Part shown: positions 1 through 10,800 of the stretch, in pieces
How positions within the stretch are numbered: the first letter of the stretch is position 1
Layout of the letters: each line of letters opens with the position of its first letter
Origin: Nitrososphaerales archaeon
GTDB taxonomy: Archaea; Thermoproteota; Nitrososphaeria; Nitrososphaerales; UBA213
Direction: 5' to 3'
NCBI GenBank assembly: GCA_965197925.1
Contig: CBDAOC010000018.1
Location: 1-64,000 of the forward strand
DNA length: 64,000 bases
Notes under the pieces: generated by a model
Seen by the model: only the letters and a program-made list of their open reading frames with translations
Databases searched by the model: none
What the model was told of the DNA's origin: nothing
Program-made: the position numbers and the translations under genes

Positions 1-403
1 GAGCAGACCGCGCAAGATGAAATATCTTGCCCAATCTCAATAACATTAGGTCCTGCATGGATATTTTCAATTTCTCTCTCTCATCACCTTTTGTCCTCTC
101 GATGTACGTATTCAAGCGTACGTAAAGGTCGGGCTTCAAGGAAGAAAGCTGATCAGTACCCGCTATTCTCTCCCTGCTTAATGCACGCAAAAGATCCACA
201 TTCATATCGGGTACCTGTATTTCCACAAAACCACCCTCCTCGAGTATGTCCGCAAGCCATCGGGGTATACTCTGCAATTCATCCTCCTTTGCCTCTACAG
301 AGACATTGGAGATGTCGATCTTTGTGTTCTTTTTGAATCTGGTCTTTACATCTTCAAGCATATGACCAATGTGATAAACTTGAGTTAATTGATTGAAATC
401 CAC
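1..403 (-). CDS. gins23: GINS complex subunit Gins23 (3' end outside window)
   Basis: Not in ORF track. Manual translation from GTG at 403 gives MDFNQLTQVYHIGHMLEDVKTRF...ELQSIPRWLADILEEGGFVEI...LRLGKIFHLARS; the PRWLA..L motif is GINS-like; divergent from rfcS. Confidence 0.75.
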   Translation of the reverse strand, partial: MDFNQLTQVYHIGHMLEDVKTRFKKNTKIDISNVSVEAKEDELQSIPRWLADILEEGGFVEIQVPDMNVDLLRALSRERIAGTDQLSSLKPDLYVRLNTYIERTKGDEREKLKISMQDLMLLRLGKIFHLARSA

Positions 404-491
404 AAGTAATGTTAACTATAGTATACATTTAATGTCTTTGATCAATAGTAAGTTATTAATCAGCCTAGGCTGGGATATATGATATTAAATA

Positions 492-1469
492 ATGGAAATT
501 AAAAATTTGATGTGGGTGGAGAAGTATAGACCCACGGTACTTGATGATATTACCAACCAAAAGTCCATCGTCAATGGTATCAGAAATTTATTAGTAAAGC
601 CGGAGGAGATGCCCAATCTACTATTTTCCGGGCCCGCTGGAGTGGGCAAGACTACTCTGGCGCTATGCATAGCAAGGGAAATTTTGGGAGATTATTGGAG
701 GGACTATACTTTGGAACTAAACGCTTCTGATGAACGAGGAATAAACATGGTACGTGAACGTGTCAAGATGTTTGCCCGATACGCGACCATGGCTTCTCCC
801 AAAATACCTTTCAAGGTAATCATACTTGATGAGGCAGACGAAATGACTGGTGATGCCCAAACGGCATTGCGAAGGATAATTGAAGACAGTGCCAGATCAA
901 CCAGATTTATCTTGATATGCAATTATTTGTCGCAGATCATAGAGCCTATACAGAGCAGGTGTGTTATTTTCAGGTTCACCAATTTGAAGGAAGAGGACGT
1001 GGTAAATCATCTCGAAGGGATATGCAAGAAAGAGAACGTGAAATGTGATGCCAAAGCACTGGCATTGATCCATGAAGCCACCGAAGGCGACCTACGACAT
1101 TCCATCAATGTACTACAGGCAACCGCGAGTTCTGGCTCCGTCAATACCCCCAATGTTAACTTGGCAGTGGGCATCTCTGAGAAGGGAAAGGTAAAGGAAA
1201 TTATAAAACTGGCATTAAGCGGGAAGTTTCAGGAGTCCAGAACCGCACTTATAGAATTAACCAAATTCTATGGTATGTCGGAACGAGATTTCTTGAGATA
1301 TGCGAATGAAGAGATGCAAAAGTTAAAGCTATTAAATGCAGATGCCATTTCCGCACTGGCTGATTGCGATTACAGACTTGTTTCGGGAGCTCATCCCGAC
1401 ATACAGCTTTCGGCATTTCTGGCCGAATTGGGTAGGATAAGCAAGGATGTAGAATCAAAGCAAAAATAG
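492..1469 (+). CDS. rfcS: Replication factor C small subunit
   Basis: WVEKYRP, Walker A GPAGVGKT, ELNASDERG, ILDEAD, QSRC motifs. Confidence 0.97.
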   Translation: MEIKNLMWVEKYRPTVLDDITNQKSIVNGIRNLLVKPEEMPNLLFSGPAGVGKTTLALCIAREILGDYWRDYTLELNASDERGINMVRERVKMFARYATMASPKIPFKVIILDEADEMTGDAQTALRRIIEDSARSTRFILICNYLSQIIEPIQSRCVIFRFTNLKEEDVVNHLEGICKKENVKCDAKALALIHEATEGDLRHSINVLQATASSGSVNTPNVNLAVGISEKGKVKEIIKLALSGKFQESRTALIELTKFYGMSERDFLRYANEEMQKLKLLNADAISALADCDYRLVSGAHPDIQLSAFLAELGRISKDVESKQK

Positions 1470-1700
1470 CAAAGTGTCGAGTAAGTATGTTTTATTGGGG
1501 ACACACAAACCTCTTTTAACTTTCGTCTCTTATGAGTTGGTAGAAGCCCCACATCTGTATGACGTATGTACGTACTATAGCCCCAGTAATAGGCAGAGTA
1601 CATTTTTACTCTGCCTAACAATTTAAGATAGTGGATACGATCAATTTTGTTAAGATCTATTGTCTATAATAACAATAAATAAAATTTGTAAACCCCAACC

Positions 1701-1889
1701 ATGGAAGCGATCGGCATACGTGGAAACTTTATCGAACGTTTTGTGATGTTTAGAGAAGCATATGGTAGGATGAGTAGCAAGGTAGAGAAAAGTTATCTTG
1801 CAGAAGATTTCCTGAAAACCTGTACAACTGACGAGGTTAAAATGGTAAGAGAAGTTATAGGTACCATTCTTCAGGGAGAGCATATTTAA
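1701..1889 (+). CDS. Small hypothetical protein
   Basis: 62-aa ATG ORF downstream of an AT-rich TATA-like stretch; no recognised motif. Confidence 0.4.
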   Translation: MEAIGIRGNFIERFVMFREAYGRMSSKVEKSYLAEDFLKTCTTDEVKMVREVIGTILQGEHI

Positions 1890-2206
1890 TTTACTTATGT
1901 TACAACCTCATAGACCTGCATACTTGTCTTCCTGTAGTAGATGAAGTTATTGTAGTCAACTCAAGTCCATTGAAACTATATCGATAACAGGATCGTTTGC
2001 TTTTTGTTATCTGGCATGATTCAGCATATCCCTTTCCAAGAATCAAATCATACCATATCATCAACAATGTTTCTTGCTGTACATTCTTCCTCCTTGCCTC
2101 ATTTTATATTATTCTAGACATCTCCTCCGTAAACGTAATTCGAATTGTTCCCATAAGTTACATTATCATAACAAACATTTTGATATCTAAGCTAGATGTT
2201 AGAAAT

Positions 2207-2242
2207 TACATATGGATATTAAGGTACATATGGATATTAAGG
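2207..2242. repeat. 18-bp tandem duplication (TACATATGGATATTAAGG x2)
   Basis: Two exact adjacent copies. Confidence 0.9.
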
Positions 2243-2473
2243 ATCTAGTGCCGTATAAAGTGTCACGGGATTCTCCGTTGCCACCATCGGTAAGGAAGTA
2301 ATTACATAGAAATTATCTAATAATATCCATTCAATGAAACTATTAAAAACTGGTAACAATGCATCATAATATTGAATAGGTATCAGTTTCTTTCTAACAT
2401 TGATTTGATTGAAAGAGAATGTCTTAATATTTCAGTTCCTGAGACTAGATAAGGGCTCAAAAAGACAGTTCAA

Positions 2474-2788
2474 TTACCTAAATTCGCGGTATGTTAAAAA
2501 TACTCCAACGGCAGCTAGTCCAAGACCAAATGCAACATAATTCATATCGACTGGATCTGTAGTGACCATTACCCACGATACTATTAACATCCCTGCAAAG
2601 GCTACGAAAAGACCAACTAGAACCATGGCCGCACTAAGCATATACATCCTAGGAGCAAGTGGTTGATAAAGGGATCAACAACCATCACGCCTCCTCGCTA
2701 GCAGACTTCCATTTATAGAAATTCAGATAATGATTATCACAAATATTACAGGTATTAAGAAATCATTCCAGTTTGATGGAGTAAACAT
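2474..2788 (-). pseudogene. Small membrane protein, probably pseudogenised (57-aa 2-TM ORF remains at 2474-2647)
   Basis: One frame from ATG 2788: MFTPSNWNDFLIPVIFVIIII*ISINGSLLARRRDGC*SLYQPLAPRMYMLSAAMVLVGLFVAFAGMLIVSW...LTYREFR; hydrophobic segments with two in-frame TGA. Confidence 0.4.
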
Positions 2789-2997
2789 CTCTGCCTTGAA
2801 TCCAATGAGGTTCAGGATACATTTACTTTTAATTGAAAAAATGGTAATATTATACAGAACCGTTTTTTCCTACATTTCCCTCTTCTCTTATAGTCTAGAT
2901 TTTTCTGTAAGATTACATAAATTTCTTGAGCTTACATAAATTGAATCCTCTAATATACGAAAACTTTAAAGTGATAACCCATTGACATTATATCAGT

Positions 2998-3120
2998 GCC
3001 CTGGTAGTATAGTGAGCAAACTCGTAAATGCTCGTAAATCCTGGCCTAGTATGTGGCCCTGTCACGGCTGCGGCCCGGGTTCAAAAGGTCATTATTGATC
3101 GGAAAATCCCGGCCAGGGCG
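2998..3120 (+). tRNA. tRNA-Asp(GTC) with two non-canonical introns (15/16: 3013-3039; 59/60: 3086-3106)
   Basis: Acceptor stem GCCCTGG/CCAGGGC, anticodon loop CT-GTC-AC, GGTTCAAATCC after intron removal (75 nt mature), BHB-like junctions, upstream TTTAAA box at about 2965. Confidence 0.92.
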
Positions 3121-3227
3121 CTTACATTTCTCAAAGTGATTGCTAAGATAAGCTTACAAATCAAATAATTAATCGATCCATCTATTGATACAAAGGAATT
3201 TTACCTGCAAAAGTCCATCCGAATCGT

Positions 3228-3440
3228 ATGGCTCTTCTTAAAGTGATGATTATAATTGGTTCAATAATCATAGCTTTTGGAATCTTGTTCACCGCACAAA
3301 GCCAATCCCTAGTAGGACCTGAAACTTCCTTCATGTATAGAAATCCAGAGTGGGCAGTAAATGGTAGCATAATATCTACGGTTGGTGTTGCAATAATAAT
3401 TATAGGTATATTATTGGCCATTAGACGTAAAAGACTATAA
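3228..3440 (+). CDS. Small two-TM membrane protein
   Basis: Two hydrophobic helices around GPETSFMYRNPEW loop, basic C-tail. Confidence 0.8.
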   Translation: MALLKVMIIIGSIIIAFGILFTAQSQSLVGPETSFMYRNPEWAVNGSIISTVGVAIIIIGILLAIRRKRL

Positions 3441-4463
3441 TGCACTTAGAAGACTTACAAGTTTATTCAAATTAATTTCAAATCCAAAACGCTTTTCTTC
3501 CTTCTTCATATTGTTGTAAAGTTTGTAAAATGTGTTAAAGTGTTTTATCGTGCTCAGCTTTCCTTCCATCTTTAACCTTACAATCTTGTAAACCTCATCA
3601 TAGTATCCCAGTCTTTTGAATAACCTCTTTCTATATTCTTCATGGGTATAGCCATCGTTGTTAAACAGTTCAAACAGGATTTCTGAACATATCAGCGAAG
3701 GAATTATACCTTCTCCGAGCAAAGGAAATACGCATCCCACAGATTCGCCTACGCCTATAACATTACCATTTGAGAGAGGCTCCATCCTAGTTGGAGGGGT
3801 GATTCTTATCGGCCTACCTATCTTGGTTAAAACCTTTGCTTCCGGATTTTCTTTGAAGAATTCATCAATACCAAGATATATCCTGTTGATGTCTCCAGCT
3901 CCAACAAATGCTTTATTGTTGTTCAATGGAAAGAACCAAAAGTATCCAGTTGCTCCCTTATACCCAAGGATGTAAAATTCATCAGCGACGTGAACGTTAT
4001 CAACCAGATATTCCCATGCAGGTATGATCAATTCTTTCTCCCTTGGTTTCGGGAGCAAAGATCTATGGAATCCCGTACAGTCCAGAACGTAATCATACTT
4101 ATGAAATGGGAAATTTTCTTGTGTGCATCGAACTCCGTAATTGATGTCTATCCCGTCCAAAAGGTCTTCTTCCCATTTCCTCTTGTCGTAAGTAACAAAA
4201 CCTAGGCAGTTCAGGTGACTTCTCTTCCCATTCGGTAACCGTATTCCTATGCGTTCCCCTACATGAAAGATGTAATCGTCAAAGTTCAAACCCGCCATTC
4301 CGGAAAAATGTGACAGCATATGTCTTGAAGCACCCCATGCACAAACTGGGAAGTGCTTCTCTTTTTCGTATAACTCAAACACATCCACCTCATGACCTTT
4401 TTGCTTAAGCATGGAAGCTAAGAAACTCCCTGCAACACCCGCACCAACTACCCCGAACTTCAT
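3435..4463 (-). CDS. FAD-dependent oxidoreductase, geranylgeranyl reductase-like
   Basis: N-terminal GAGVAG Rossmann motif, GYFWFFP, VGESVGCVFPLLGEGI. Confidence 0.85.
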   Translation of the reverse strand: MKFGVVGAGVAGSFLASMLKQKGHEVDVFELYEKEKHFPVCAWGASRHMLSHFSGMAGLNFDDYIFHVGERIGIRLPNGKRSHLNCLGFVTYDKRKWEEDLLDGIDINYGVRCTQENFPFHKYDYVLDCTGFHRSLLPKPREKELIIPAWEYLVDNVHVADEFYILGYKGATGYFWFFPLNNNKAFVGAGDINRIYLGIDEFFKENPEAKVLTKIGRPIRITPPTRMEPLSNGNVIGVGESVGCVFPLLGEGIIPSLICSEILFELFNNDGYTHEEYRKRLFKRLGYYDEVYKIVRLKMEGKLSTIKHFNTFYKLYNNMKKEEKRFGFEINLNKLVSLLSAL

Positions 4464-4766
4464 ATTGATTAACCAATTGCAGGTTTCTCCAACATGAATC
4501 TTACCATCTGTCTGGGTGTCTGTTTCTGCTCGCTGTATCCGTTGTTAGGAAATTCCTCATTCTCCTTTGGGAATAGTAAAGTCCTTCAAGCATAATGTGA
4601 TGCAAAATCTTATTTAAAAGCCGCTATTGCGCACCTCGTGTATTGGGTGTAAAAGTCTTCACTAACCTAACCTTTGATCGATAATGAAGTTATTATAGCA
4701 CATGAGAAAGACTACTTTCTCGGAGTTACTCCGAGTTACTTTGCGTATCCCATTAAGTGATGCAAC

Positions 4767-6107
4767 ATGAAACCGAAATGGGTGTGTGGGAATTGTGGAA
4801 TGTACTCAAGCAGGCACGGGAATGTTGTACGCCACATGAACGATTTTCATGGAGTGGGTCAGATTGTTCAATTTATGGACTATGTGATAGGTGTACGTTC
4901 AGGAACCTACAGGCATCCTACCAATGAGCATTTTATGTATGATCGCTATGGTAAACCAAAGACTGTCCATCCTTTAGATCCGACTGACATTGTATATGAA
5001 ATCGTGAAAGTATCTCATAATAAAATTATTCAAAAATTTATTCAAAAAGAATCTGATAAACTGATATCAACTTTATCCCCAAATACAGGCCAAACTTCAA
5101 TGAGTGACAATAATTTAGAAGGTTGGTTATTTGGGTACGAAGCATCAGTATGCAACCAATGCAATAGAGGCTATGTACAGGCTATACGTTACTATGGTTC
5201 AGAGAGGATCGATTACCCACCACACTCTTGTCGTCCAGAGGATCTAGAAACTGCAAAACTTATAGAATCTTCCAAACCAAAAAAGATTAAATGGAATGAA
5301 GCTAATGAATTATTATTCAAAGCGGTTAACAATTGGGGCAAAAAACAAAAACTATTGGGAAGCATTCCTTGCAAACCCACGACAAATTCCGTAAATCTTG
5401 GCGTTATTCATAAAGAACACTGGGCTTCTGGACTTTAAGTACCTGGGTTGTTTGCCAAGTATCCTAAACCTTCAGAACTTCGTCGTTTCCTGAAGATAGC
5501 CCATTCGACGACGGGAACATTCACTTTGACTTCTGAGGAAGGCAACACGGTGACCAAGTGGTTGTTATTATCTACCAAGCCTGGGAACAAACCCGTCTCA
5601 TATTCTACGAGTTCGGGTCAGAACTATGAAAGGATCTATGGGTATATGGGAAATGTTTGTGAGTTCTGCTGTACTGCTGGATTGTTAGAGTATTATTCCG
5701 ATGGAAAACAATACAGATGGACCAAGCATGTATGCGATCCCAGGGGATTATTAGATTTTGCTTTGTTAGAGAATAAGGAAGAAAAGATAAAAGAAAAGAT
5801 AAAAGAATTACACAATCAACTTCCCAAACTTCTGATGAGGAAGATGGACAATTGGGTTGGGGAAAAAAATCTATATGTACAAAAAGTGGATGGTATACCT
5901 GAAAATTATATAGAAGTTAGGCCTAAGAATAAAGACCATTGGACACTTCGATCCATCAGAGAAACAACAGTATTGGATAATCGGGAAGTATCAGATTTTT
6001 TGAAGAAGGCAAGAGCCACTTTTGGTTATTTCAAGATTCGTATTGGAAGAGATTGGGAATATTATTATATTTCGATCTCTAGGGATTCTGCCGAATTTAC
6101 AAATTAA
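4767..6107 (+). pseudogene. Zn-binding protein (N-terminal C2H2-like finger plus two tandem CxxC...HxC domains) split by one in-frame TAA at 5436-5438
   Basis: ORFs 4767-5438 and 5448-6107 are in the same frame, and the internal repeat homology runs across the stop. Confidence 0.65.
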
Positions 6108-6479
6108 TGTAAAGTGTATAATGAACGGAAGTCAGAAGGGCGATCGATAGAAGAACAAAAAGTATCGATGGTCAAGTATTATCGAGATAAAGACAAAACT
6201 TAAGCTGCTAAATGTATTAAACTCCTTCCCTAATAGCACAGTACCCCCCCTAATATCCCGGGGGTTTTCCTTTACTAGGTTTCACTAGATTCAGTATAAA
6301 TGGTATCTAGCAGTATTACTTGATATTATGTATAACCAAAATAGCTTCTATAGTCTTATTGATCACTATTTTGCTACCATCATAAGTCTTCTATCGATAA
6401 AATCATTCGTATTTAATCCCAAATCATCACTTATTGTTTTCGTATCGTCTTTCAATCTTGTATGACTTATGCACCAGCG

Positions 6480-7910
6480 TTAATTCCATTCCTCCCACTT
6501 ACCATGTGCTATAACATTTCTCAGTTCCTTCAGAGCTAGGCACAACCTCAAATTAGAATTCACTGTAATTTTGCTATCTAAACCACATATTTTTTTTAGA
6601 GTCCAATTGGCTCGTCACCAGTACTCTGAAAATTCTTGTCCAAATGCACCTTTTTGTTAAATTGAACTTCCAAGGCAAAGAGCGCAGCTATCACCGCTAT
6701 TTCACTGTACATTTTGATAAAATCAGATGCGCGATGAAGGAATTTTAACACGCCAAAGTCTAGATCATAGAATGTTTTGAAACGTTGTTCAAATCCATTA
6801 AGAGCCTATCCTAAAATTCTAGCTGATAGTTAACTATTGGTAGAAATGATATCATTTAGAATGTAAGAATATTAGTTCATACTGTCAGGTTTAGTTTTCT
6901 TACTATTGATTTTATTAGTATTGTAGATAATAGATACTAGAAACAGTTGCATTAACGTGTTTATGACACTACCGATATATCGCTCTGTACACTATCAGGC
7001 AGTCAGCAAATTCTACTAGCGCCTGATAATTTTCCTTCTTCTTCTCGAACCTTACCAATAACTTTCTGAACCTGTTATGCCAAGATGCGGTTCTTTCTAC
7101 AACCCATCTCTTTGCTTTGTACAAATTCTTTTTCAACACTTCACCCTTATGACGAATGTGATCCACATATCCCCTTCCTAACTCCATACTCTATCTCAGG
7201 GAAATCATATCCTATTCATGCATATGTTCTGTTTAACTTTGGGCCTATCAACAACAATGCTATCTATTGTAGGAAAGGCTGATTTCATATCGTGCTTGTT
7301 TGCTCCAGTAATTACAGATGAGAGAGGTACTCCTCTTCTATCAACCAGCATGTGACGTTTGGTACCTAGCTTGCCTCTATCCGTTGGGTTTGCTCCGGTC
7401 GTTTTCCCCCTAATGGGGCCTTCGGTACGCTATCCATGGATTGCCAGTCCCATCCCATGCTCTTTAATTCATCATATATTTCCAGCAGCCTCTTCCATAC
7501 CTTCTTGAATACTCCTATCCCAATCCATTCCTGAAATCTTGCATGGCAAGTTGAACCAGAACCAAATTCTTTAGATACCTTCTTCCACTGGCATCCAGTT
7601 CTTAATACATACAGTATTCCATTCAACACTTTTCTAAATGGCACAGCTGGCCTTCCAACTGTTCTTGCTGGTTTCCCTGGTGGCAACACTAGTTTGAACT
7701 CTACCCATAGATTGTCTGGTATATGCCATATGGTCGGCATGCTCTTTTTCTTTGATTTTCTCACAAATTTAGCTAGAGAGACAGATCTAGATCTGTTTCG
7801 GTATAAACAATTAGGCTATGATGTTAATTTTAGGATAAGCTCTTAGTTAAACTTTCGTTTCAAGCCACTGGGAAAAGAGAAAAAATATCATTACTAAATT
7901 TATCTAGCAT
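6480..7910 (-). pseudogene. HEPN-domain protein remnant interrupted by IS5 element
   Basis: Removing the IS joins MLDKFSND...ESLT|NGFEQRF in frame; then AVIAALFALEV and, after a frameshift, LKELRNVIAHG (RxxxxH). Confidence 0.5.
6801..7843 (-). mobile_element. IS5-family (IS427-like) insertion sequence, type A copy 1, defective transposase
   Basis: TIR AGAGCCTATCCTAAAATT / AATTTTAGGATAAGCTCT, TA duplication; orfA 7366-7764 (YVLRTGCQW), orfB fragments (RWVVERT..WHNRFRKL), GGGGGAAAA shift site. Confidence 0.92.
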
Positions 7911-7987
7911 ACTCCTTGCATTATAAAAGAATTCTTTAATTAAATTATATAGAACCAACCAGAAGGACATTTAGGGAAATTCAATAC

Positions 7988-8041
7988 ATGATTTTAATAT
8001 TAGATGATTTTAATATTAGATGATTTTAATATTAGATGATT
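7988..8041. repeat. 16-bp tandem repeat (ATGATTTTAATATTAG x3 plus partial)
   Basis: Three exact adjacent units with no spacers. Confidence 0.9.
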
Positions 8042-8146
8042 AGATTAAATATTACCATTTTTCGTATATGGGTTTATAAGGTCTTATTATAGGCTTTACT
8101 AAATTGGACCTAAACTTAATAACCACTAACATTGTTCAAGTTGAGC

Positions 8147-9154
8147 ATGAGCTGTTCGGGGGAAACAAATCCCACCAAGGAATTAATACAAATTCAACCC
8201 AATGTGATAAATAATCTTAAGAAGGCAAAGTATGGTGTTTCGAACCATTCAACGGTTGAATTATGTCACTGGACAAAGAAATCATTTCTTAATGAAGGCG
8301 AATGTTACAAGAAGAAGTTTTATGGAATAGACACGCATAGGTGTATGGAGTTTTCTCCTGCTGGTATGCTTTGTCAGAACAGATGTGTCTATTGCTGGAG
8401 ACCAATGGAGTTTTACGACTTTATGGAGATGCCAACTGATGCTGTTGATGATCCGGAAACAATAGTACACAACTTAATGCATGAACGTTACAGGTTGATG
8501 AATGGTTTCTTTGGCAATGTCAAAGCAGACAGGAAGAAGTTGGATGAAGCATTGCTACCCTCTCATTATGCCATATCGCTTTCTGGAGAACCAACAATGT
8601 ATCCTAAATTGCCTGAACTCATCAGATACCTCAAGGGTTTGAGGAATACCAAATCTATATTTTTGGTCACAAACGGACAGGAACCAGAGATGTTATATAG
8701 ATTGCAAGAGAATGATGCTTTACCTACCCAAATTTATCTGTCCTCGAATGCGCCAAACAGAAGGTTATTCTTCATGATAAATAAACCTAGACAAAGAGAT
8801 GCCTGGGAGAGATGGAGAGAGAGTTTAGAATTTTTGGGCAAAATAAATACTAGAACTGTCGTTAGAATTACACTGATTCAAAGTTATAACGGTAATATAA
8901 AATTGATACCTGATTTTGCTGAACTGTTGAAACATGGTAACCCACATTTTATAGAAATAAAGTCATACATGCATGTTGGGTATTCGACAAATCGATTAGA
9001 ACACTCTGATATGTTGGAGATTGAGGACGTCAGAATATTTGCAGATGGATTGGCAAAGCAGATGGGGAACTTCACATTTATGGATGAGAGTATTGTGTCA
9101 AGAGTGGTTGTTTTGCAGAATAGGGCACGATACCTGGAAAGGTGGATTTCGTAA
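8147..9154 (+). CDS. taw1: 4-demethylwyosine synthase (radical SAM, Taw1/TYW1)
   Basis: CHWTK, CYKKKFYGIDTHRC, CQNRCVYCWRP, SLSGEPT; start taken at ATG 8147. Confidence 0.95.
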   Translation: MSCSGETNPTKELIQIQPNVINNLKKAKYGVSNHSTVELCHWTKKSFLNEGECYKKKFYGIDTHRCMEFSPAGMLCQNRCVYCWRPMEFYDFMEMPTDAVDDPETIVHNLMHERYRLMNGFFGNVKADRKKLDEALLPSHYAISLSGEPTMYPKLPELIRYLKGLRNTKSIFLVTNGQEPEMLYRLQENDALPTQIYLSSNAPNRRLFFMINKPRQRDAWERWRESLEFLGKINTRTVVRITLIQSYNGNIKLIPDFAELLKHGNPHFIEIKSYMHVGYSTNRLEHSDMLEIEDVRIFADGLAKQMGNFTFMDESIVSRVVVLQNRARYLERWIS

Positions 9155-9210
9155 TTTTGTCAGTAGACTGTTAGCTAGAAAAATTCAATAACCAATTATT
9201 GATTTCATAG

Positions 9211-9700
9211 ATAATAGATTACTTTCAATGTAATTTCATAAAAAGTGAAATAGCGAAAGAGAAGACCCGTGGTCTACTGGAAGATTCGGGTTATAACACA
9301 TATGTTTTTGTTTACGAAAGCCTACTCTCACATATTCGATATCAAATGCAAATAAAACTTCTTCCTCAGGCAGATTCCATAAAGAGATTGAGATCTACTC
9401 TAGACTTGGTAGTGTTCGATGAACCGGATATTCAAACTTGATTTACTTGTGTCAAGTTTAGGAGAACTGATAATCCAAAAGAGGTTGAATTCCAAGCTCA
9501 ATCCCTGGGTTGGTATCAAAAATACTGGACTGATTCGGTTCTTTTAGTTATAATACCCACAACCATATGTATTACACTCAGTACATCACTGAGCTTTAGA
9601 TATATGAGCCGTTCGTCAAAACGCGAGGGTGGATTTTTTGATATTACAAAAGATTTCATACAAATGAGCAAATATCCTCAAGTCAAGATGTAGATAATAA
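9211..9700 (+). pseudogene. PD-(D/E)XK-like nuclease remnant
   Basis: NFIKSEIAKEKTRGLLEDSGYNTYVFVYE...LRSTLDLVVFDE..QT*FTCVKFR...YQKYWTDSVLLVIIP; resembles a degraded PD..EVKFR core; TGA at 9439 and a later frameshift. Confidence 0.45.
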
Positions 9701-9706
9701 ATAAGT

Positions 9707-10800
9707 GAGACTTGGGCATAATTCAATTATAATATTATTTTGAAATTATTACTATTAGCTTCCCAACATATACTTCAATGCCCTAAGAGGCCTTCCTGTC
9801 AAGTAGTTGTAGTACACCATTACCTGATACAATAATGCAGATAACAATACAATGCTCCTTACCTTATCGAACCCTCTAACTGGCAATGGATCTATGGTAA
9901 ATACATCCTTCATATGCTCTATCAATGGCTCAACGCTTATGCTCCTCCGAGAATATACATGCCGCCTATATTCAGAGTTATAGAACTGCAGCAATGCCAG
10001 TCTATTATTATCTGTAGCATGCCTATACCTTTCCAATGGGAATACTGGATGCCCTCTATACCTGCTGAAATCACATAACTTGTGATCATCATATCCTTCA
10101 TCTCCTACAACATACCTTACCATTCCTGTAGGCAATGAAGATGTTATGCTTTCATACATCTTGTTATCAGTAATGTTAGCTGTTGTGAAATCAGCTGATA
10201 ATGGAACTATCAATGAACCTGTGCTACATGCTAGATGCATCTTGTATCCGAATATCCATCCCTTGGTTCTGCTGAATCCCCATCGAGCATCTGTATCTAT
10301 ACCGGAGCGTGGCACTTCATTCTTCTTCATGTTTGATCTATGCCATACATGTCCCTTTGCTTTCAACAAGGAACTGTCAACGGATACTATGGATGAGTCT
10401 ACCAACCCATCTTTTATGAAGAGCATACCCATAGCACCTATCCTTGATCTTATGTCAATTGATATGGCCTTGACCTTCTGTCGAATGTTCTTTTATCTGG
10501 AAACCTATCAAGACCACATGCCTTCATTACCTTCCTGTTGTATGGCATGTCTATCGAAAAATATTCATGCAAAGCATTGTTGCTTGGTATTCTTACCCAT
10601 ACTCTAACGATGAAGCATCTCACCATAACTGTAGGAGAATAGTAGAATGGTCTACCCCTTTTCCTATTAGGTTTTGACCAAGGAATCACGTCAATCAAAA
10701 ATAATATACGAAGGAGTATCGAGTCTGAGCTAAACATATTACCAATGAAAATTGAAACCTGATCTTATCGTTTCGACCGGCTTAATTATGCCCAAGCCTC
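9707..10800 (-). mobile_element. DDE_Tnp_1-type IS (IS4/IS5/IS982-like), type B copy 1, frameshifted transposase
   Basis: TIR GAG(A/G)CTTGGGCATAATT; perfect 8-bp TSD AAATAAGT (9699-9706, 10801-10808); ORFs 10450-10737 and 9755-10432 (VDSS, DARWG..GYKMHL, GDEGYD, R.SVE). Confidence 0.92.

Noticed and set aside
2474..2788. Selenocysteine or readthrough recoding of two in-frame TGA codons
   Set aside because: No redox motif or evident SECIS; TGA is a normal stop in nearby genes, so decay is simpler
4464..4600. RNase P RNA or known riboswitch (GCAGAAAC..CAC resemblance)
   Set aside because: Too short and lacks the P4 consensus; no FMN or glycine riboswitch consensus
7988..8041. Possible CRISPR array
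   Set aside because: Units are 16 bp, contiguous and have no spacers; no cas genes
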